From Octopus vulgaris (taxonomy: Eukaryota), in assembly GCA_951406725.2 (NCBI GenBank), contig OX597818.1:139128001-139192000 (forward strand): a DNA stretch of 64,000 bases. The letters are read 5' to 3'. Both the position numbers and the translations under genes were made by a program. This document shows positions 53,975 to 64,000 of this stretch, piece after piece (the stretch's first letter is position 1; the number at the start of each line of letters is the position of its first letter). Below the pieces are notes generated by a model. It worked only from the letters and a program-made list of their open reading frames with translations. It made no database searches and was not told the origin of the DNA.

Positions 53975-55360
53975 TAGGTGATTGGCAGAATCGCTACAGT
54001 GTTGGGGGAAAATACTTTACGATATTTCTTTCGTCTCTTTATATCCCACAGTGGTCAATGTTTGCTTTTCATTCTTTCGGAATGGATATTGTAAAGTACC
54101 ACTCAAGTACCGACGACAATATATTCGACTAAAATAGGCGGCTGGATGGCAGAATCCTTAGCACACAGGGCAAAATGCTTAGCAGTATTTCGTCCGACTT
54201 CACGTTCTGAGTTTAATTGCTTTTCATTCTTTCAGTGTCGATAAAATAAGCACCAGTTGAGCAGTTGGTTCAATGTAATCGACTTACCCTTTATCTCGAA
54301 ATTGCTGGTCTTGTACCAAAATATGAAACCAATATATTCAACTAAATTCTCTCTTCAGAATTGTTGGTCTTGTATGTAAATCAGAAACCTTAATATAAGG
54401 TGGTATAAGTCGGCGAGTTGGCAGAAACGTTAGCAGGCCGGGCGAAATGCATAGCCGTATTTCGTCTGCCGTTATGTTCTGAGTTCAAATTCCGCCGAGG
54501 TCGACTTTGCCTTTCATCTTTTCGGGGTCGATTAAATAAGTACCAGTTATAATCGACTTAATCCATCTGTCTGTCCTTGTTTGTCGCCTCTGTGTTTAGC
54601 CCCTTGTGGGTAGTAAAGAAATAGGCATTTCGTCCGACCTTACGTTCTGAGTTCAAATTCCGCCGAGGTCGATTTTACCTTTCATCCTTTCGGGGTCAAT
54701 TTCAGGCTTTGTGCATATTGTCGAAAGGATTATTAGGGCAGTAGGTTTTAGCTTCGGCATTACACATACTAAAATATGATTAGGGCGGTACTAACCGGAG
54801 AAAATGCTTAACGTCATTTCTTCAGGTTTTACGTTCTGAATACCAAATACTGCCTAGTATTTACATTTACATTTCCTACTCAGAGCATTCGATAAAATAA
54901 ATAACATTCAAGCAATGGGGTCCATATTATCAATTAGTTCTCGCCCGAAAAATTTCAGGTCTTATGCTTATTGTAGAAAGGATTATCAATAGGCCGGTGA
55001 ACCGGTTTAATTGTTACAGTGTTTGAGAAAATGTTTTGCAGAATTTGATTCAGCTCTTTACATTCTGAGTTCAAATCTCACAAGGTCAAACTTGTCTTTC
55101 ATTCTTCGTGGGTCAATAAAATATAGTATTAGTGAAGCACTAGCAGCGAAGGTATCGACTAAGTAACCCATCTTTCATAGCCTTGGGACTAAATTGATTT
55201 AAATTTTGGCACAAGGCTTGTAATTTCGGAGGCGAGGTTCAGTCGATTGCATCGACCAAGGTATTCAACTGGTACTTATTTTATTGACTCCGAAAGGATG
55301 AAAGGCAAAGTGGACTTCGGCGGAATTTGAACTCAGACTGTGAAGACGAGCGAAATACCG
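53975..55360. mobile_element. Array of about 7 SINE family C copies of differing divergence
   Basis: Plus-strand heads or cores at ~53980, 54138, 54410, 54625, 54785, 54990; minus copy at ~55200-55360. Confidence 0.8.
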
Positions 55361-56139
55361 CCTTAACCTCGTGTCTAAATTGGTAACAATTATCCTGCTT
55401 GTTGAAGTTACGACGAAAGAACTAAGCGGATGCAAAAGATTATAGGTAAGTTAGCGTAACGTTATTGAAAGATTACGTATTTCCGATAAGGGAAACGCAC
55501 AACGTTATATTAGTCATTAACAAAAATTAGTGAATTAAATATGCTAACGCTAACTTGTATATAGTTTTTTTATGTGGATGGCATCTCTGAAATATAGGCT
55601 TTACAACTTCTTTTGCGTACATGATAGTTTTTAAAAACTTAATGTAGAAACCATTTTTATTATTTTTATCATGCTTTTTCGTCTAATAACACAAAAGTTT
55701 TGACAGGAACATTTCTCAATAATTGAAATTGTGCGAGAGAGATAGATAGAAAAAAGATTAAATGAAAGAAAGGGCACAGTACAGAAATAGCAAGATCTGA
55801 TGGAAAAAAAGGAAGAGGAGAAGAGAGAGAGAGAGAGAGTGAGAGAGAGAGGGAGAGAGAAGAGAGAGGTGGGATGGGGGCGTGAGTTTTGCAAAGGCAA
55901 AGCAAATGATTTTAAAAAGAATTGTAGTGAGATATATTTTGTTATCAGAGATTAAAAAAAAATAAGACGTGGAATTCCAATTATCCAGAACATTGATTGG
56001 AAGAGATCCTGCGATCACTAATTTTGATTTACAGATTTAGTATAGATATTTCATTGCCTTGAAATTGTTAATATTCTTAGAGGAAGTACAAAACATCACA
56101 GAACATTATTTTGCCTCTGACACATACATACATACATAT

Positions 56140-56516
56140 GGGAAGCACTCCGTCGGTTACGACGATGAGGGTTCCGGTTGATCCGAATAAACGGAACAGC
56201 CAGCTCGTGAAATTAACGTGTAAGTGGCTGAGCACTCCACAGACACGTGCACCCTTAACGTAGTTCTCGGGGATATTCAGCGTGACACAGAGAGTGACAA
56301 GGCCGGCCCTTTGAAATACAGGTACAACAGAAACAGGAAGTAAGAGTGAGAGAAAGTTGTGGTGAAAGAGTACAGCAGGGATCACCACCATCCCCTGCCG
56401 GAACCTCGTGGTGGTTTTAGGTGTTTTCGCTCAATAAACACTCACAACGCCCGGTCTGGGAATCGAAACCGCGATCCTATGACCGCGAGTCCGCTGCCCT
56501 AACCACTGGGCCTCCT
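56140..56516 (-). mobile_element. SINE family B
   Basis: Colinear with 17318-17685. Confidence 0.9.
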
Positions 56517-56547
<31 letters not shown>

Positions 56548-56579
56548 TACATAGCCGTACTTGCATGTATACACACACA

Positions 56580-56622
<43 letters not shown>

Positions 56623-57399
56623 CAGTTTGTATTTTTTTAAATATGATATCTGTACGAAGAGACCAGGTGAAGAGATAAACTACAAGTCCCAGACTGACCT
56701 TTCGTCTCTAATGTAAGTTTTAGTAATAATCAGCAAGATACAATAATTTGTTCTATCACAGTGTCTGTCTTTACTGAATAAATGCACAGGTCGTCAGTAC
56801 TTTAGCTTGTGGTTTTTCTGTAACATACAAAGCAGCCCGGGTTTTCAAAAATGTTTGGCTTAAAAGTTATTGTCGAGGCTTGCTTGCGTCTTAGCATTGA
56901 AGCTGAATTTAAATGTTTTCAATTTTCATAGGTGGAGAGAGAATTGGTGGAGTCGTTAGAATATTGTGTGGTATTTGTTCTTAATTTCTGTGCTGTGAGT
57001 TCAAATTCTGTCGAGGTAGAATAGCCTTGGAGGCAAACATGCACACATTTACACAGTAAAATACATAAGGAGGTACTCCAGCAAGGCCGCAGTAAAAATG
57101 ACTGAAACAAATAAAAGAATACAGATAGAAAGAGCGAGGGAGAGCGCGCGCGCGAGATAGTGAGAGAGATTACACTTTATAAGGTGAGCACGACTGACAT
57201 AAACATTTCCTGTCTCCTCATGTACATAAAGAGAAACAGCCTTTCACGCATAAACACGCAGAGCGCGAGGGAGATTAAAACGTCTGGTGTCAAATCAAGA
57301 GTCAAATCAGCGACGCCAAATAGGTGGCGCCAAAATGGCGTCTTATACCGTCTTGGTCATCAATGCCTTATTTGAACGCCAAATCAAAAGTAGGTTAAA

Positions 57400-58135
57400 A
57401 TTCACGTAAACCTTGAGAACTCCTGGGATATCGGAATGCTTCACGAGTGATGGATTTAATTTCATATTCCCAGCAGCATTTCTTCCCAGAAGAAGTGTCA
57501 GACGATTTTTCGAAGCTTTAAATCCGGCGGTCGATTCACCACCCCATCCTACGAGAATTAAATATTTAGCAGGTATGAGCTTCCAGAAATGGCAGTTACA
57601 ACATAGTACACTTGGTAATATTTCTTTAGCTGGTTAAGTTAATTAGTAGCAGCCTCTTCTTTTAGTAGTCGCAGATTCAGCAATCATGTCAGTTGTAGCG
57701 CTACTAAAACCGTTTTAAGTTTTATACGCCAGAAAAGATATTTACTTAAGAGTTTCACTTCTTTTTTCTTCTGCAAATCATGAAACAGACTTTTGGTTAT
57801 TTTAAAAATTAACATCGTGCTTATCGGCACATTACATTGGGTTAGATCCCCGATACATATTTCCCCAAGAGCTGTCTCATTTTAACCCTCAAATTAAATC
57901 TAGGAAAACTAAGGTCCAAGCAGTTAAAGGAATAACTTCTTAAGCACAATACTTAACTTGCTCTGTATTTTTCTACGTATTGTTTTCAGTGTAGATGATG
58001 CAAGCTTTAATATTTTAACAATGTGACTGATTTCTTTTCTCCTGTATCAAGCCCTTTTAATATCCAGTGTAATTCTTTCCTTTTCGCGTTACAACCTTCA
58101 GTTCCACTTCAAGGTTTCTTTTCAGGCATTTGGAA
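57400..58135 (-). pseudogene. Decayed Tigger/pogo transposase (N-terminal HTH to start of the DDE domain)
   Basis: FWKLIP...AGFKASKNRLTLLLGRNAAGNMKLNP resembles Tigger LFWKxMP...PGFKAxKDRLTLLLGxNAxGDxKLKP; KRKRITLDIK upstream. Confidence 0.8.
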
Positions 58136-60639
58136 TTGATCACAAAAAAAAAAAAAAAAATCAGCCTGCTTCTGTGGGTCAAGCCAATCTTGTCTATTTC
58201 AATATCAATTGAAAGCGATCATTGATAATGTAGAGAGAATATCATCGCACCCCATTCCTTTAAATTTGACTGGTGCACAACGGGAACCCATGCGATAAAC
58301 CTGACTAACAGGGAGGACTTCAAGGGGTGAACTCACCTCCTTTACATAGCTAGAACCGAATTTAAAACACTGACCCTTCTCTTTGGAGCTAGAAGATATT
58401 TAAGTCTCAAACAATTATGGATTGTCTATGGGGCTCAGGTGAGATCCACTATGGTGTGCTGCGTCTTCATCCAGAAAATAATCCACTTGTAAAATTAGCA
58501 TGAAGTCAGTTCAAGCATACAGAAACCTCTGGAATATACTTGTAGACATACTGTCTCCTGTTTTTCCTATCGCAACCAAAATTGATTCTGTTCCTTGGAA
58601 CTGGCTTCAGCACCACTCTCTCAGCACCATTCTCATCTCTCCTCCTTTCATCAACTACGCTGAGTCCAACACGCCGGATTCTGCGCTAAACCTTCGTCCA
58701 GTCTCCAAGCCACCGAGGACTCCAGCATTTATGCAGTTGACAACTTACGACAGTTTAAGCGGGAGGACTTTTAATGAACATAGGTGCTGTTCTACACTTA
58801 TCAAATAGTAAATGGAGATACACGTCAACTTTCGGGTCTCTGGTATTTTCTTTCTGCGTTTGTAGTTTTTCTTTCTATTTTGACCTATTTTCTCGTCCTC
58901 TCTATCTCTCGCTCTCTCTCCATTTTCCCTCTTTTCGATGAAAGATATTTTATTTCTCTTCTAGCGTGAAATTTATACCATTTTATTGTAATTTTCGTCG
59001 TCCTTGTGTTGCCTATTTTAGTTTTATGTGCGTGCTTCTTAAAAATAAAAAAAGAAGAAAGAAAATGGGCGAGATGTAGATAAGGAAAAGTCATTCTGGA
59101 GCTATATTTTTATGATGTAGTCGGCGACATGTTTATGTGGAATTGAAGTAAATACCGTCGCCTGTGAGAGTGCGTAGGAATGGGCAGTGTGTGCTTGTTC
59201 AATATTTTAGTATTATGTGTTAATAAATAATAAAATAGAATTTTAAAGCATATCTATTACGGAAACTGTATATATACACAGTTTAAACGGGAGGACTTTT
59301 AATGAACATAGGTGCTGTTCAACCCTTAACAAATAATAAATGGAGATACATAAATAATGGAGATATGACGAAAAAAAACAGTCCTCCATACTCTATCTAC
59401 ATGCCAAGGATTAACACGGAGGCAACCTCGGCCAACTTGACATCGGCATTTTATCCAAGCACCCAAGGGACCCAACACTCAGACAAATACAGGTGTACGT
59501 CCTCATAAATGAAACATCCCCAGCTCTAAATAGGAAATATACGTAGTAGATAATCATACCCCCGTGACCATAGTTTATATTTATATACAGGTAGAATAGT
59601 TAGTGGGTTGTTATGTAGATGTATGTATGAGTGTGTGTTTGTGTGTTTGGGTGTGTGTGTGTGTGTATTATATGTACATGTGTATAGGCAAATGGATATG
59701 AAAGTAAACAGATAGATATAGAGACGGATAGGTACATAGGTAATATGAACAGACAAGCACACATACACGCACATACGCAAATGAAGACTGAAACACATGA
59801 CCATGTACGCACACACTATATACAAGGAGACATATGGTGACACATCCACGCATATGGAAGTACACATCCATACATACAGACACAGCACACAGTCACAAAA
59901 ACTCATACACACACACCAGATATGCACACACAAGGAGACAGAGGTATACACATATACATACACACATACACGCATAAAAACACACCAACACGAAGACACA
60001 AACGCACAAACACATGAATATGCAGAATACATACATACTAACGTACACACATATATACGCATATATATATATATATATACGCACACACATACACACACTT
60101 GCATGCATGCATACATACATACATACATGTGTGTGCGCACACACTGACCCACACATATGCGTACAAACAGACAAAAACAACGCAACTTGGATAATAGACA
60201 GAGTCAATAACTATTGAAAATGTTACAAGACACAACGAAAATTTTAGAAAAATAAATAAGTAAATGAGTGGAAATTTTACCGGTGAGTGTGTTAAATTAT
60301 AAGAATGACTCACCCCAGACACAACAGAATATGCTTCTACATACGAATTCACATAATGAATTTTGCAAACCAAATCTCAAATCGAAATGTATATATATAT
60401 ATATAATTTAAAACAGTTTGATTCGGTTCCGTGCGACGTCTTGTTTCGCAAGCCCCGAACGGGAGCCCGCCTCTTTCAGGCTTTGGAATACAAAGCGTGA
60501 AAGAGACAGATTCTCGTTAGAAGCCTGCAAAACTTGAAGGTGCACATGAAATACATGAAACTTCTACAAAATGTATTGAACATCCTTTTCTTTCCTTTGT
60601 CCATTCGCTCGTGTGTATATATATATATATATATCACGT

Positions 60640-60922
60640 GATCACGTGACCGACCAGACCATCAGATGTTGTTACACATCGCTGGTCACAATGCGTTCGC
60701 ATTGTTTTAGCCTTCGAACGACGTCACCCCCGCTGGCTAAGCGAGCAGGCCAACAGAAGAAAGAGTGGGAGAAAGAGTGGTGAAAGAGTACAGCAGGGAT
60801 CACCACCCCCTGCCGAAGCCTCGTGGAGCTCTTTAGGTGTTTTCGCTCAATAAACACACACAACGCCCGGTCTGGGAATCGAAACCGCGATCTGCGACCG
60901 CGAGTCCGCTGCCCTAACCACT
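60640..60922 (-). mobile_element. SINE with a family-B head and body but a different 3' tail
   Basis: Matches family B up to gtactctttcacca, then continues ttggcctgctcgcttagccagc...tctggtcggtcacgtgat. Confidence 0.8.
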
Positions 60923-61094
60923 ATATATATATACTTCTCTCCTTATTTCCTTCTGTGTTCCTTTCTGTGGAAGAGCGCAGGCTCAAGACAATAAAAACTT
61001 TTTCACTTCCCGAGCGTTAAACTAATACATCTGTTTCTTGTCTACACCACCTGTCTTCGTCTTTTGTTTATTTTTTGTGAATTCTCCACACCCC

Positions 61095-61127
<33 letters not shown>

Positions 61128-61160
61128 GCACGCACGCATATACACACACACACACGCACG

Positions 61161-61224
<64 letters not shown>

Positions 61225-61743
61225 ATCAATGTTACATACATAGTGTATGTGCTTTGTTTATACGTCCATTAGCTGCAGGATAGCGTCCTGGGACAAGACG
61301 GGCATTCATAACGCTGAGTGTTAAACAAAACTGGATATCTCAGACCTTGCGAGACAACTCTCACGGTAAATGAACGAGAAAGGGGGACATTGCTGCTTCG
61401 TTGTCTTTCAGCTCGTCAGCACCGAACACTCGCGTCACCTGGAAACGAACTGAACTCCTGGTGCGAGACATATAGGTAAATAGTGTAAAGTCTATTTGTT
61501 AATGTGTTATGGCATAGCACAAGTGAAACAAAATTATATAAATTATGGCAATGACGCGAAGCCACTATGATATTTTGCGTCATTGACTGACAAGGAAAAC
61601 TCAGCTGCGAATATTCCGTGTATCGGGTCTTTGTCAAAAACTTCCGTCCGTTAAGTTTTCGTTTAGTTTACCGTTTTCTCCGCGAGTTCTTTCTGTCCAA
61701 CCCTTGATATGTGCGTGTGAGTGTGGGTATTTGCGCGCGCGCG

Positions 61744-61796
<53 letters not shown>

Positions 61797-62604
61797 GCTC
61801 TCTGTACGGTTTCACTCTACGAAATTTCACCGAGAAAGATCGGCTCAAGTCTAGAGAAGAAGCGACTCATCTATAGTACTACGTAACAGAATGGAATCTG
61901 GAACCAGATCATGGAGAATCTGGCTTTCGGTATCAACACAGACATGCAATGATGCATAACAACTAAAGCGCGCACACACACACACTCATTCACACAGATA
62001 TACACACACATACTCACACACATACACAAAGCTGGTATTACTGACACAAGAAAGCGGTTTTGGAACAGGATCAACTGCTTGCCAAAAAATTTAGCTCATG
62101 TGAGCGCCCCTCTGATGACTTTCCCCTTTACACTTAGCAGGTAATTCGTCTATTTTAGAAGCCATCATCATAGATACCGTTAGTAGTATACGATACGAGG
62201 AGAAGGAATACGAACAGAACGTCCGACTCAGTTTGTATGATATGAATTTATTACTGCAAATATTCTTTTATCTTTGCTATCTTTAGCAAATGCTAAAACG
62301 TATAAAAAGCCTCAATCATATAAGACCGTTGTAGTTCGCTTGAAGCAGTGTAAGATCGAAGAAGGTAAAAAGAGAGAAAATAGAAAGCTTCTGACAACGA
62401 AAAGTCCAGTTATGTAGTTTCCGCAAACCCATTCAAATTTGAATGGGTTAACGGATCCTACCTAATTGGACTTTTCTTAGATTGCTCTTTCCTTCTGAAG
62501 ATGGGTTTTCGTGCCTGAAATATAAAGATTTTATTAAACTTCCCACATTGCCAGAACTTTTTTTATATTTTCTCTCTTTTTATCTTCACATTCATATGTT
62601 GTAG

Positions 62605-62751
62605 CGCCGTTGAAAAATGGAACCTTTCTGGGAATTTGAAAGGAAGGTATATTGGAAATAATGTGTGTGAGAATCTTGACGAGATGTTAAAAGATGTCAA
62701 AGTCCATGGATTTGAGCCTCATCCCAAGCTGCCGGAAAAATCTCCTCCTGG
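62605..62751 (+). CDS. Possible 147-nt symmetric internal exon
   Basis: Pyrimidine-rich acceptor ...gttgtag; open frame AVEKWNLSGNLKGRYIGNNVCENLDEMLKDVKVHGFEPHPKLPEKSPP; weak donor gtataa. Confidence 0.25.
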
Positions 62752-63526
62752 GTATAATTTCATAGTCAGATTAAATGCATTGTGTATTTATTTACAACCC
62801 ACGCTATATTGGTGTCATTCTTAGTAATTGGTTTCAGATTCAAACATGTTTTTATAAATTAAAAGTAGCGGGAAATACACTCGCCTGATCGTCATATCAT
62901 TCTCAATGACATACAAAATAAATTAACTCCAGGAGCCAGTATGCAGGAAGTATACCTGCTTCTATCGGTGGCTTGTGACATCCTTGTTGAAACTTTTCTG
63001 AAATTACATCAGACATTAAGGACTTAATCAACCCTAAATTCTAAATTATATACGCAACCGTTCGTTTCATAAACATTAATCGGTTTTTAATCCCTTAATG
63101 AAATCTAACTCCGACAAGTAACAAATATGAACAGTTCAAAATTATATGCAAATAAGTTTACAAATAACTCGCAAATCCTTTAATTCCATACCAAATTCAA
63201 ATTCTTAGCTGCCGTCTCTCTTTGAAAATAAGGATTACTTTTTATTCGACAGAAGTTCAGTGTCTGTAGAAGAATGGTTTTGATAAATTTAATCAGTTCC
63301 ATATTTTATTAATGGTTATTATATCGGCTCTGGAAGATTGAAATGAAAAGTCGATCCTTCCGGGATTAAAACTTTATAAACAAGAGGATGAAATAAAACC
63401 CCTCCTACAGACTCTCAAAATCTTCTCATAATAAATTACCAGACCGTTTCTATAGTGTCTCTGATCTCAAAGGTTTCTCATAATAAAAACTACTAGAGTA
63501 AATTTTTAGAAGAAAGAACGTAAAGC

Positions 63527-63742
63527 ATTGGTTTCAAATTTTGGCACAAGGCCAGCAATTTTACAAGCTGAAGTAAGTTGATTTCAGCGACTCCAGTACT
63601 CGGCTGGTATTATTTTATCGACCATGAAAGGATGAAAGGCGCAGTAGACCTCAACCGAATTTGAATTCAGATCGTTAAGACGAACGAAATGCCGCTAAGC
63701 ATCTTGCTAGGCGTGCTAACAACTCTTCTAGATCGTCGCCTT
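63527..63742 (-). mobile_element. SINE family C, full length, diverged
   Basis: Reverse complement of 36303-36520. Confidence 0.8.
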
Positions 63743-64000
63743 AGTATATATATTATCTATACATATTAATTAGAGTATTACCTGTTAAATGACGAGTTAT
63801 GGTGTATATTTATGTTTTGCTACAGTGGACAATGTTCATTTAATGTTACATTGGCACAATACTTGTAAGTTTGCTTTTTTCAGATTTCATGGTTCTTATG
63901 TGAAATAATTGAATGAATCTACTGCTTCTATTAATGAAAAATATTCAGGTACAGAGTAATTATATAGTATAATAATATATGAATGTAAGCTCAGCTTTCA

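Overview
AT-rich, microsatellite-saturated eukaryotic DNA with almost no coding sequence. The SINE repertoire resembles that of an octopus/coleoid cephalopod; this is my recognition, not a search result. Nearly all ORFs in the supplied track are translations of (TA)n/(CA)n/(TAA)n/(ACC)n repeats or SINEs. Supported content: several tRNA-derived SINE families; decayed R4/Dong and Hero-like non-LTR fragments; Penelope-like (PLE) RT and GIY-YIG remnants; mariner and Tigger fragments; a TTAGGG-containing MITE; a 28S rRNA fragment; and a few candidate exons. The most striking signal is a set of (TA)n-embedded, PLE-like elements carrying hammerhead ribozyme cores. Five copies from two otherwise dissimilar families have the hammerhead strands in an order that is none of the type I/II/III circular permutations. 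Their helices covary between copies, and the geometry suggests a split 'plug-and-socket' ribozyme assembled between two copies. Repeat boundaries were read by eye and are approximate.
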